A DNA stretch of 64,000 nt from an uncultured delta proteobacterium (GTDB lineage Bacteria; Desulfobacterota; Binatia; Binatales; Binataceae). The notes below the pieces were generated by a model. It was not told where the DNA came from. It worked only from the letters and a program-made list of their open reading frames with translations, and made no database searches. The DNA is taken from the NCBI GenBank assembly GCA_963808235.1, contig CAWEEQ010000004.1, forward strand, positions 1,760,001 through 1,824,000. The letters are read 5' to 3'. Below are positions 41,594-50,515 of the stretch, piece after piece; positions within the stretch are counted from its first letter, which is position 1, and every line of letters starts with the position of its first letter. A program made the translations under genes and the position numbers.

Positions 41594-42557
41594 GCGCTTC
41601 GGCACTTTCACCGCGGTGGACAAGGTCAGCTTCGAGGTCCGCCGCGGCGAGGTCTTCGGACTGCTCGGCCCCAACGGCGCGGGCAAGACTACTGTGGTGA
41701 GAATGCTAACGACGCTGATTCCGCCGACCGACGGGCACGCATACGTCATGGGTATCGACGTCGCGCGCCATCCGCGCCAGGTGCGCGAAAATATCGGCGT
41801 CATCCCGCAGGCGCTGACCTCGGATCTCGATCTCACGGGATGGGAAAATATCGACATCTATGGCGAGTTCTTCGGGCTGTCGCGCCGGGAGCGACGCGAG
41901 CGCGGGGACCGGCTCCTCAAGATGGTTGGGCTTAGCGAGCGCGCGCATGATCTGGTCGCGACCTATTCGGGCGGTATGCGCCGGCGGCTCGAAATTGCGC
42001 GCGGGCTGATCCATTCGCCCGACGTGCTGTTCCTCGACGAGCCGACCATCGGACTCGATCCGCAGAGCCGGCGCGCGGTCTGGGACCTGCTCGAAACGCT
42101 GCGCAAGGAAAGCGAGATTACGATTTCGCTGACCACGCATTACATGGACGAGGCGGAGTCGCTGTGCGATCGAATCGCGATCGTCGATGCGGGCAAGATA
42201 ATCGCGCTCGACACGCCGGTCGGCCTCAAGTCGATGGTCCCGGGATCGGATCGAATCGACCTGGTGGTCGAAAAGGATCCCGAGGCGGTCGCGACGATGC
42301 TGCGACCGATGCCGTACCTGACCGCGGTGAACCAGGACGGTGGCAACCGCCTGCAACTTTCCTCCAACGACGGCGCGCACGCGATTCCGAAAATCCTCGA
42401 GGCCGTCGAAGAGACCGGTGACCGGGTGACCTCGATCACGGTGCAGAAACTCTCGCTTGAAGACGTCTTTATCCACTTCACCGGACGCACACTGCGCGAC
42501 GAGCCGGCAAAAAAAGTCAGCCTGCTGGTCGGCGCCGGGATGCCTCAGCAGCGCTGA
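41550..42557 (+). CDS. ABC transporter ATP-binding protein (DrrA-like)
   Basis: GPNGAGKT, YSGGMRRR, LDEPTIGLD. Confidence 0.95.
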   Translation: MEPESPAIQTKDLTKRFGTFTAVDKVSFEVRRGEVFGLLGPNGAGKTTVVRMLTTLIPPTDGHAYVMGIDVARHPRQVRENIGVIPQALTSDLDLTGWENIDIYGEFFGLSRRERRERGDRLLKMVGLSERAHDLVATYSGGMRRRLEIARGLIHSPDVLFLDEPTIGLDPQSRRAVWDLLETLRKESEITISLTTHYMDEAESLCDRIAIVDAGKIIALDTPVGLKSMVPGSDRIDLVVEKDPEAVATMLRPMPYLTAVNQDGGNRLQLSSNDGAHAIPKILEAVEETGDRVTSITVQKLSLEDVFIHFTGRTLRDEPAKKVSLLVGAGMPQQR

Positions 42558-42569
42558 CGGACCATCGCG

Positions 42570-43694
42570 ATGTTCGGACTCAAGTTCCTCGCAATCATGC
42601 GCCGCGACCTGAAGAAGCTGATGCGCAATCCGATCACGCTGGTCTCGGTCATCCTGATGCCGATCGTTTACCTGGTCATCATCGGCAATTCATTTCAGGG
42701 CCAGCTGAAGCATCTGCCGATTGTCGTAGTCGAGCAGGATCACGGCTTGTACGCGCGCCGAATCGTCGAACAGTTGCTCGCGCTGCAAGCCGGGCCGAAG
42801 ACGATTGACGTTACCTTCGAGAGCGATCCAGGCACCGCGATCGACGAAGTGCGCGACGGGCGCTTCAAAGGCGCAGTCGTAATCCCGTCCGACTTCAGCC
42901 ACGACGTGGCCGAAGGCCTGATCGGACAAATCGGACTGTTCACTGACAACGTCGACTCGATAAGTTCAGTCACTCTCGAGGGCGCGCTCGATACCGCCGC
43001 GGCTACCGTGCGGGTCAGCTTCGTCACCGCGCGCGAACCCAAGCTGAACGACATCTCGCTCCGCCCGAGCTGGCTGTTCCCCTACGTCGACTACGATCGC
43101 TCGCTTATTCCCGGAGTCATCGTGATGGCGATCTTCATGGGCTCGCTGATGTCGGGAGTGTTCAACTGGGTGATGGATAAATTTCTCGGCGTCACGGAAT
43201 GCTACCTGGTGACGCCGCTCTCGCGATGGGACATCGCGGGCGGCGTGCTCGCGAGCGGAGTCAGCGTGACGAGTGTGGCCGGTGTGATGGTTTTGTTCCT
43301 CGGCTTGTTGATCACGCGCGGGCGAATCGAGGGCGGACTGGTCGCGCTGCTCACTCTCGTCGGGATAATCGTCGTGAGCGCGACCGGGCTGCTCGCGATG
43401 ACGTTTGCGATCCTCGGCCGCGCGGGCCATCCGCGCCTGGTCGGCACGTTCTCGGGATTCCTGAATGTGATCTTGTTTTTTCCGAGCGGCGCGATCTATC
43501 CAGTCGAAAGCTTCCCGCCCTGGCTGCGCGCCTTCGCCCGCTTCAACCCCGAAACCCACTCGGTGAGCGCAATAAAACAGATCCTCTTCAAAGGCGCAGA
43601 CTTCCCCGCAGTCAGCGGCGACATCCTGTTCCTGCTAATTTTCATGGTCCTGATGCTGGTGCTGGCAAGCGTCTCCTTCAAACGGACTCTGTAG
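42570..43694 (+). CDS. ABC-2 transporter permease
   Basis: Six TM segments, FFPSGAIYPVESFP. Confidence 0.92.
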   Translation: MFGLKFLAIMRRDLKKLMRNPITLVSVILMPIVYLVIIGNSFQGQLKHLPIVVVEQDHGLYARRIVEQLLALQAGPKTIDVTFESDPGTAIDEVRDGRFKGAVVIPSDFSHDVAEGLIGQIGLFTDNVDSISSVTLEGALDTAAATVRVSFVTAREPKLNDISLRPSWLFPYVDYDRSLIPGVIVMAIFMGSLMSGVFNWVMDKFLGVTECYLVTPLSRWDIAGGVLASGVSVTSVAGVMVLFLGLLITRGRIEGGLVALLTLVGIIVVSATGLLAMTFAILGRAGHPRLVGTFSGFLNVILFFPSGAIYPVESFPPWLRAFARFNPETHSVSAIKQILFKGADFPAVSGDILFLLIFMVLMLVLASVSFKRTL

Positions 43695-43746
43695 GAGAAG
43701 GACGGTTCCGCACTCCGGCGAAACTTGCGTCGCGACCGCACGTGGC

Positions 43747-43972
43747 AAAAGATCCGGGTCCCTCGGCTCCGACAGCCTTCGCTCGCGATGACACAAAGAG
43801 TGCTGACGAAAAGTCTGCTGACACAAGGTCTGCTCACGCAAAAAACTTGCTGACCCAAAGCCTGCTGACCCAAAGATTGGTGACACAAAGGTTGCTGACA
43901 CAAAAGGCCGCTGGCACGACGGCCCCTAAAATCCGTCATCCCGAACGCAGCCGAGGGACCCCGGATCTTTTT
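43747..43972. repeat. Inverted REP pair enclosing a degenerate 15-bp tandem array
   Basis: REP 43747-43793; eight 15-17-bp units (consensus TGCTGACACAAAGNN) at 43801-43923; inverted REP 43935-43972. Confidence 0.9.
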
Positions 43973-44040
43973 CGACGCCGACTGGCATCACGCCTTGCAA
44001 TTCTTTCACGCGCTGCGAACCCCGGACCTTTTTCCGACTT

Positions 44041-44313
44041 CTACCCGCACCACCGGGTGCTCAGGTCATTCCAGGAGGGGTTCACAGACTCGATCAGGCG
44101 GATTTTCTTTTCGCGTCTCCAACTCTTCAGTTGTTTTTCACGCGAAATGGCGGCAGCAGGAGTCCCGAACTCCTCGAAGTACACAAGACGATAGACGTTG
44201 TACGTACCGGTGAATCCCGGAAGTTCCTTCCTTTTGTGCTCGTGAACTCGCCGAATTAAGTCGTTCGTCAGTCCTATGTATAGGGTGCGAGAAAGGCTCG
44301 CGACGACGTACAC
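44041..44313 (-). CDS. Stand-alone GIY-YIG nuclease (small YhbQ-like type, about 90 aa)
   Basis: VYVVAS..TLYIGLTNDLIRRVHEHK..LVYFEEF..AISREKQLK.W.R..K..LIE..NP.W; start uncertain (GTG 44313, frame open further upstream). Confidence 0.88.
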   Translation of the reverse strand: MYVVASLSRTLYIGLTNDLIRRVHEHKRKELPGFTGTYNVYRLVYFEEFGTPAAAISREKQLKSWRREKKIRLIESVNPSWNDLSTRWCG

Positions 44314-44371
44314 GAAAAAAGAAGGCTCGCCGTTGCGCTCTTGCCAGTGGCGTTTTTGTCCGCGTCGCTGA

Positions 44372-44599
44372 ATCCGGGGTCCCTCGGCTGCGGCAGCCTT
44401 CGCTCGGGATGACACAAAGATCGCTAATGCAAGGATTGGTGACACAAAGACCGCTGGAAACAAAGCCTGGTCACGCAAAAAAACTTGTCGACACGGAGAC
44501 TGCTGACATAAAGGCTGCTGACGGAGAGATGTGAGCATTAGCTGGTACGAGTCGAAATCGGAAAAAGATCCGGGGTCTCTCAGCTGCGCTCGGATGACA
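44372..44599. repeat. REP copy, second 15-bp array and a further REP copy
   Basis: REP 44372-44415; seven units at 44422-44530; REP 44562-44599. Confidence 0.9.
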
Positions 44600-44613
44600 G
44601 AAAGTTAGCAGAT

Positions 44614-45006
44614 TCAGCCGGGGCGGGTGGCGAGGTAGTAGCGCTTGAGGGCGTCGCCGATTACGCGGGTTAGTTCGGCTATCGAGACTGGTTTCAGGAG
44701 ACACAGGTTTGCGCCGGCGGCGCGGGCGGCTTCGTTCATGCCTTGCGTGTTGTGACCGGACATCACGATGATCGGCAGCAGCGCGGATTTTGCGCGGGCG
44801 TGGCGGACGATCTCGATCCCGTTTGAATCGGGCAGACTCAAATCGGTGAGTACGAGGTCGGGAGTTTCGGAGTCGATAAGCTCGATCGCCTCGTGCGCAC
44901 CGAATGCACCGACGCATCGATGGCCCGCGCGCTCGAGCAGGCGGACGTAGGCGTCGACCAGGTCGCGCTCGTCATCCACGATTAGAATTTTCGCTTGCTC
45001 AGCCAT
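44614..45006 (-). CDS. Single-domain response regulator
   Basis: ILIVDDE, DLSLPDSNG, LLKPV. Confidence 0.93.
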   Translation of the reverse strand: MAEQAKILIVDDERDLVDAYVRLLERAGHRCVGAFGAHEAIELIDSETPDLVLTDLSLPDSNGIEIVRHARAKSALLPIIVMSGHNTQGMNEAARAAGANLCLLKPVSIAELTRVIGDALKRYYLATRPG

Positions 45007-45012
45007 CGTGCC

Positions 45013-46422
45013 TTAACGCCCGGAGCGACTACTGTCCGCGGCCGCGCGCAGCGGCGCGGCGGGCGCCTCGGCAGAATCGGGGCGCGCCGGGTTCTCGACT
45101 TTGTCGTCAGTCGTCGGCAGCGTAATCACGAACCTGGTCCCCTTCCCCGGCTCCGATTCGGATACGATCGTACCGCCGTGATCGTGAATAATCCGCTGGC
45201 TCAGCCATAGGCCGAGCCCCGTGCCCTTGGGCTTGGTCGTGAAGAATGGCTCGAACAGTCTGCGTAGCGAGTCGGCGGCGATACCTGAGCCGTCGTCTGA
45301 AATCGAAAGCTGCAGGTGATCGGCGCGGCCCGGCGCGCGCCTCGTTTCGATTCGCACCAGGTGAGCGTCCGCATCGCGCGCGTTCATCACCAGGTTGATG
45401 ATCACCTGTTCGATCCCGGTCATCTCACCGACGACCGATGGGAGCGAGCGATCGAGCTGTACGTCAATTTTGAGCGCACCATCGCGCGCCTCGGCCCCGG
45501 CGATGAGCATCGCCTCTTCAACCGCCACGTTCATATCGAAAGCAACCCGCGAACCGGGACGCTGGCGAGCGAGCGAGAGCATGTTGCGCGAGATGCGGCT
45601 GGCGCGTTCGATATTGCGCTGCAAGACCAGCAGGTCGGCACGAGTCTCGACCGAAAGATCCTGATCGGCCGCCAGCATCAGCTCGATTCGCGAGTCCATC
45701 ACGGCCAGCGGATTGTTCAGTTCGTGCGCAATTCCGGCCGCGACCGCGCCCAGCGCGTTGATCGTTTCATTGCGGCGCGCCTCGCGTTCCATCGCACGTC
45801 GCTCGGTGATATCGGTGACGAATGCGATCACCAGGTTGCCGCGCCGGATGTGAACCACGTTCAGGCTCACCTCGGCGGGAAACTCGCTGCCGTCCTTGCG
45901 GCGTCCCGCGATCTCCATCCCGCGGCCCATCAGGCGGGAACTCGGCGCCGCGAAAAAAGACCTCCGATGCGCCTCGTGCCGATCGCGAAAACGATTCGGC
46001 AGCAAAACTTCGATCGGCTGGCCGACCAGGTCCAACTCGTGGTAACCGAACAGTTCCTGGCCACGGGGATTTACCTGGCGAATCAAGCCGTCGCTGTCGG
46101 TGGTGATAATTCCCTCGACCGACGACTCGAAGTAGCCGCGCGCGCGGACCAGCGCTTCCTCGCGTCCCGCAACCGACATCCGAATCGCCTTCATGTACCG
46201 ATACGCGACCAGGTAAAGCAGCAGCGCATTGACGCTCACGAACATCAGGCGGTTGAGCGCGTACGAATGCGCCGGCATCAGGGCGAGCACCTGGTCGGAT
46301 ATCAGGACCCAGATTAGTCCGCCGACCGCATAGTAGAGCGCAATCCGGACCGGGCGGCTGCGCGCCACCGGAAAATGGTGTTCTTCGCCGGCGTGCAAGT
46401 GATTGTTCAGATCGGCAGCCAT
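45013..46422 (-). CDS. Membrane PAS sensor histidine kinase
   Basis: Two TM segments, FixL-like PAS (RRKDGSEFPAEVSL), AHELNNPL, EPFFTTK, GTGLGL. Confidence 0.93.
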   Translation of the reverse strand: MAADLNNHLHAGEEHHFPVARSRPVRIALYYAVGGLIWVLISDQVLALMPAHSYALNRLMFVSVNALLLYLVAYRYMKAIRMSVAGREEALVRARGYFESSVEGIITTDSDGLIRQVNPRGQELFGYHELDLVGQPIEVLLPNRFRDRHEAHRRSFFAAPSSRLMGRGMEIAGRRKDGSEFPAEVSLNVVHIRRGNLVIAFVTDITERRAMEREARRNETINALGAVAAGIAHELNNPLAVMDSRIELMLAADQDLSVETRADLLVLQRNIERASRISRNMLSLARQRPGSRVAFDMNVAVEEAMLIAGAEARDGALKIDVQLDRSLPSVVGEMTGIEQVIINLVMNARDADAHLVRIETRRAPGRADHLQLSISDDGSGIAADSLRRLFEPFFTTKPKGTGLGLWLSQRIIHDHGGTIVSESEPGKGTRFVITLPTTDDKVENPARPDSAEAPAAPLRAAADSSRSGR

Positions 46423-46548
46423 CAGTGCGGATACTTTAGTCCTCGCTCGCGGGACAAGGTAGATGACTGGAGAATGAAAAAGTGAAAATTAGCGACCCGA
46501 GGGCGCCCGAGAGTCAATTTCCCGAAGCGGGAAACCAACTACCTGCGG

Positions 46549-47388
46549 TTAACGGACGCCCAGGTCGTCGCCCCGCGATGCGACCGCGGGAGTGTGCTCC
46601 GCTGCGCGCGGATTGGACGGTGAGGTCACCAGGGCCGCATCGGGCATCGGGGTAGCGATCCAGCCGACGCATACAGTCGCGCCGTCGATCCCGCGGATCG
46701 GAACAATCATCATGGCGACGGCTATTTCGGTGCCGTCGCTGCGTAACTGGACGGTCGGAAACCGATGGACGACTTTGCCGCCCAGCGCTTGCCCGTGAAG
46801 CCGGCGCGCCTGTTCGCGAAGCGCGGGCGGGAACAACCTCTCGAAGCTGCGGCCGACTACCTCAACGTCTGGATATCCATAGATTTGCCGCGCCGAAGGA
46901 TTCATCGCAGTGATAATTCCGGAGGCGTCAACCGCGTGCACCCCGTCAGGAATCGAGTCGATCACGCTCGCCATCAGTTCGCGGGCGGTCTCGCGCTGCT
47001 TGCTCTCGAAGGCCGCCCGGGTCACCGCGACCAGATCCTCGAAGCCGTCGGGCTTGAGCAGGTAGTGGTACAGGCCGTACTTGAACGCGCCCGCCGCAAC
47101 TTCTTCTCCGCCGTTGCCGGTCAGCATGATTACCCGGACCCGCGGCCATCGTTCGCGCACCTGTTGCAGAACCGACAATCCGTCGCTCCATCCGAGCCAG
47201 TAGTCCGTGACTACAACGTCGTAATTGGCGCCCTTGAGACACTCCTTCAGAGCCAGAGGCTCGTCGGCAACCCGAATCTCGGCCTTTGGAAACGCGCGCC
47301 GGAGCCGCGCCTGGATGACCATCGTGTCAGTCGGGCTGTCGTCAACGACCAGAAGATCCATTCGAGGATTTCCAAATTCCGCAGTCAC
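46549..47388 (-). CDS. Receiver plus PAS domain protein
   Basis: VVDDS..VTDY..LLKP receiver followed by a PAS/PAC domain; no output domain. Confidence 0.88.
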   Translation of the reverse strand: MTAEFGNPRMDLLVVDDSPTDTMVIQARLRRAFPKAEIRVADEPLALKECLKGANYDVVVTDYWLGWSDGLSVLQQVRERWPRVRVIMLTGNGGEEVAAGAFKYGLYHYLLKPDGFEDLVAVTRAAFESKQRETARELMASVIDSIPDGVHAVDASGIITAMNPSARQIYGYPDVEVVGRSFERLFPPALREQARRLHGQALGGKVVHRFPTVQLRSDGTEIAVAMMIVPIRGIDGATVCVGWIATPMPDAALVTSPSNPRAAEHTPAVASRGDDLGVR

Positions 47389-47578
47389 TGAAGAACTTGA
47401 GGAGCAATCAGTATGCCGGTCGCCGGTCAGGCAGGCGTGCTACGATGTCCGTCGGAAATAGTACGAGATCGAAGAACAAAAGTGGCCATGAACAACGGTA
47501 GCGCAATCCGACCGCCATGACAGGCGCGATCAGCTGTCCCGCGATGGGACACAGATACGTGTCGAGGGACACCGGAAG

Positions 47579-47605
47579 AAGATCCGGATCCCTCGACTAC
47601 GCTGA
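47579..47605. repeat. Degenerate solo copy of the GATCC..CCCTCG REP family
   Basis: AAGATCCGGATCCCTCGACTACGCTGA compared with AAGATCCGGGGTCCCTCGGCTTCGCTC. Confidence 0.5.
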
Positions 47606-47627
47606 GACTGGGATTTCAGCGCCCTGG

Positions 47628-48284
47628 CTAGCGGGACTTTTTCTGAACTGCTTTCTTCGCTTTTGGGGGTCTGCCGCGACGACGCTTTTCGACCCCGGTC
47701 GCTTCGAGTTCATCCTCGTCGGGTCCGAAGGCGCTATCGACCGGGACGTCGTCTTCGGCGGTGCGAACTGGATCGGGATGCTCGTCGGAATCCTCGTTGG
47801 CGCTCATTTCCTCAGGCGGTGTCCATCGATTGCCAAACGGCCTCGCGAGGCCGCCCTGCCCGCTTCGAGCTTCATTGTTCACTTCGTGCTGGCAATCGAC
47901 GCAATATTGCGCAAACGGCACCGCATGCAGGCGCGCCAGCGGGATTTCGTCACCGCATCGCGCACAGGTTCCATACACTCCGGCGCCGAGCCTCGCGATA
48001 GCCGCATCGATTGCGCCCAGACGTTCCTGCGCACGCTCAAACAACGCCGCGTGAGTCTCGACTTCTGCCAGCGATCTGGCGACATCCATCTCGTCCGCCG
48101 GCGGTGGCGCGCCACTGCCCGCCTGTTCTCGCATCAATTCCTTGACCCGGGCAAGCGTATCGGCGCGCTCCTTGGCGAGCAGCTTCTTGAGCGCATCGAT
48201 TCGACGGCCGCCGGTGCTGGCCGCAGCTGATTCCATCATCTTGGGTTTCTTCCTTTTCGTGGTCTGGCTCTTCGGGGTCTTCAT
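47628..48284 (-). CDS. TraR/DksA C4 zinc-finger protein with an acidic plus AT-hook C-terminal tail
   Basis: DEMDVA (DxxDxA), YGTCARCGDEI..RL..P..QYCVDC, C-terminal KRRRGRPPK; start set at MKTPKS. Confidence 0.88.
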   Translation of the reverse strand: MKTPKSQTTKRKKPKMMESAAASTGGRRIDALKKLLAKERADTLARVKELMREQAGSGAPPPADEMDVARSLAEVETHAALFERAQERLGAIDAAIARLGAGVYGTCARCGDEIPLARLHAVPFAQYCVDCQHEVNNEARSGQGGLARPFGNRWTPPEEMSANEDSDEHPDPVRTAEDDVPVDSAFGPDEDELEATGVEKRRRGRPPKAKKAVQKKSR

Positions 48285-48353
48285 GGGTTGATACCTGTTG
48301 CCGAAAACAACTGGCACCCCGCTAATCGGCACTCCACTAAGAATGTAAACATG

Positions 48354-48369
48354 AGCATTGATCGTGCCT
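48354..48369 (-). promoter_or_regulatory. Putative sigma54 promoter for the DksA/TraR gene
   Basis: Minus strand AGGCACGATCAATGCT (GG-N10-GC). Confidence 0.55.
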
Positions 48370-48697
48370 CGCGCCACTGTGAAAAGGACCAACGAACTCT
48401 ATATTTTTGCGACTCATCAATCGAGAGGTAATCTCCTTTAGGTACATTTGTTAGGATCAGCCGCCCCGATTCGGGTTTACATATACGTCGCCGAGGGCGA
48501 ATCGTTGCGCGCAGGGTTCGGCCACGCAAACTGTGTCCTTGTACCAGGTACCAGAGCGGATTCACGCCGGGTCGGATGGCACTGCACAAACGAAGATCAG
48601 CGTGATGCCGCATAGTTAAGCAGCACTCTTCGTCCATCCACATCACCACTTGCCCATAATTGCTACCGATTTCGAGTTTAGCACGGCGTCACCAAGT

Positions 48698-48713
48698 TGG
48701 CACAGACGATGCT
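48698..48713 (+). promoter_or_regulatory. Putative sigma54 promoter
   Basis: TGGCACAGACGATGCT (GG-N10-GC), about 50 nt before the AGGAGG-ATG start. Confidence 0.65.
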
Positions 48714-48760
48714 GAGCCATCAGCAACTTGGTTTCGGCTTGGGGCAGGAGGTGACTTAGT

Positions 48761-49303
48761 ATGTCCGTATCCGGTTCAGAGCAAATTCAAAGCGGCCTTT
48801 CGAGCCAGCACCTGGTTTTTAACGAGTGTTCGGGCCCCGATCCCTGGTTGAGCGCCCGATTCGAGCCCGATTTTCTGGTTCCGGTTCAGTTTTTCGATTT
48901 GACCCGGCGGCGCTCGATGCCCGACGGCGAGACCCGGCTGCTGTTTGCGGTGCTGGAGGACGCCGTACGATGCTACGTGAAGACCGCCAACTCGGCGCGT
49001 CGATCCGATCGCGAACAGTTCGATGAAGTCCGGCGATGGTTCGATTCCGACGCGGGAACCAGGAGCCCATTTTCCTTCGAGTATGTGTGCGACGTGCTGA
49101 CCATCGAGCCGGCATCGTTGCGCTCCAGGCTCCAGTTGCTGAGCGCCAAGGATCTGCCGACCAAACAGATGCGCTCGGTTGGGCGGCGGCAGGTTGTGCG
49201 GGCCGGGCGCTCGTCGCAGAAGCGCTCACGCCGTGAGGTTCGGACCGGGTCGGGCGCGCACGGTATGTCATCGAGGCATGGCATATCGATGCAGTCCAAG
49301 TGA
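48761..49303 (+). CDS. Conserved hypothetical protein (RLLFAVLEDAV...FSFEYVCDVL type)
   Basis: AGGAGG RBS; helical core with a basic C-tail. Confidence 0.8.
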   Translation: MSVSGSEQIQSGLSSQHLVFNECSGPDPWLSARFEPDFLVPVQFFDLTRRRSMPDGETRLLFAVLEDAVRCYVKTANSARRSDREQFDEVRRWFDSDAGTRSPFSFEYVCDVLTIEPASLRSRLQLLSAKDLPTKQMRSVGRRQVVRAGRSSQKRSRREVRTGSGAHGMSSRHGISMQSK

Positions 49304-49392
49304 TTTCCGACCGCGCCTGAAGGCGGACGCCACGATGGCGCGACATTGATGGTATAATTCGATGGCAGCGATTGTGATCGCCGTGATGAATC

Positions 49393-50016
49393 ATGGACAA
49401 GGGCAATTCGCAGCCAAGATTCGAATTCCGGATATGGGGAAATCATCTCGCGCCGATTCGCGATCGCATGGCGGCGGCCGCGGCCCCATCGGCACTCGAA
49501 GAAAGCGCTGAGACTTATATCCTGTCGCGCGAGACTGACGCCGCCAATCTGAAAATTCGGGCCGGCCTGCTCGATTTCAAGTTGCTGGTGCAGCACGACG
49601 GGCGGCTCGAGCGATGGCGTCCCGTGCTGAAGGCAGCATTCCCGGTCGACTCGCGCACTATCGTCGAGGACATATTCCCCGCCCTGGCCGTTGTGCCACC
49701 GCATATTGAGCGGCCGTCGTACACTCACGGCGAATTTATCCGCGATCTCGTGAGACCGCATCGCGAACTCTCGGTGGTGGAGGTCGCGAAAAAACGCTCC
49801 GAGTTCAAGTTCGATACCTACACGGCGGAATTTGCGGAAATTGAAATCGCCGGCGGCGCAAGTTCGGAGACGATCGAATTTGAATCCGAAGATCACGCCG
49901 CGGTGCTTCGGGCGATCGCCAAGTTCGGCCTGACGGCACATCCGAACATCAGCTATGTGCGTCATCTGAAGCTGATGATCGGGATGATCCCGCACCCCAG
50001 AGCTTCCGCGAACTAG
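49393..50016 (+). CDS. Hypothetical protein with a CYTH-like fold
   Basis: RFEFR N-terminal motif, ETYI, LKIR, KKR, EFES, ISY. Confidence 0.75.
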   Translation: MDKGNSQPRFEFRIWGNHLAPIRDRMAAAAAPSALEESAETYILSRETDAANLKIRAGLLDFKLLVQHDGRLERWRPVLKAAFPVDSRTIVEDIFPALAVVPPHIERPSYTHGEFIRDLVRPHRELSVVEVAKKRSEFKFDTYTAEFAEIEIAGGASSETIEFESEDHAAVLRAIAKFGLTAHPNISYVRHLKLMIGMIPHPRASAN

Positions 50017-50038
50017 CGCGCGCTCTTCTGAATCACCA

Positions 50039-50515
50039 ATGGCCAAGGAAATCGAGCGAAAATTCCTGGTCCGGCCGCGCAAGTGGAGCGAACTCGGACC
50101 CGGCAAGGTGATTCGGCAGGGCTACCTGAGCATCGCGATCGAACGCACGGTTCGCGTGCGCACTTACGGAGAGCGCGGCTACGTGACCATCAAGGGAACC
50201 ACGTCGGGAATCTCGCGCGATGAATACGAGTACGAGATTCCGCTCAAAGATGCGACCGAAATCCTGGACGGACTTTGCCTTCATCCGCTAATCGAAAAAA
50301 CGCGCTACCGGATTCCGTTCGGCGGACATACCTTCGAGGTTGACGAATTCATCGGCGCCAACCTGGGATTGACCGTCGCGGAAGTCGAACTGAAAAGCGC
50401 CGACGAAAAAATTGAGCTTCCCGACTGGATCGATCGCGACGTGAGCGGCGATCCACGATATTTCAACTCGAACCTGGCGCAGAAACCGTTCTCGACGTGG
50501 GGAAAATCAACCTGA
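50039..50515 (+). CDS. CYTH domain protein (triphosphate tunnel metalloenzyme)
   Basis: EIERKFLV, IRQGYL, VRVR, EYEYEIP, EKTRY, AEVEL, YFNSNL. Confidence 0.93.
   Translation: MAKEIERKFLVRPRKWSELGPGKVIRQGYLSIAIERTVRVRTYGERGYVTIKGTTSGISRDEYEYEIPLKDATEILDGLCLHPLIEKTRYRIPFGGHTFEVDEFIGANLGLTVAEVELKSADEKIELPDWIDRDVSGDPRYFNSNLAQKPFSTWGKST

Noticed and set aside
43199-44194. 331-aa plus-strand ORF with LLTQR pentapeptide-like repeats
   Set aside because: It overlaps the ABC permease out of frame and the nuclease antisense; the repeats are just the translated 15-bp array.
43787-44530. CRISPR array interpretation of the 15-bp tandem units
   Set aside because: Units are too short and degenerate, have no unique spacers, and no cas genes are present.
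44314-44538. N-terminal extension of the GIY-YIG ORF (165-aa version in the ORF track)
   Set aside because: It runs through the REP and the minisatellite and has no protein-like character; the nuclease domain starts at FFVY.
48311-48330. TGGCAC on the plus strand as a sigma54 site (also TGGCAT near 37568)
   Set aside because: No GC at the -12 position with 10-nt spacing.
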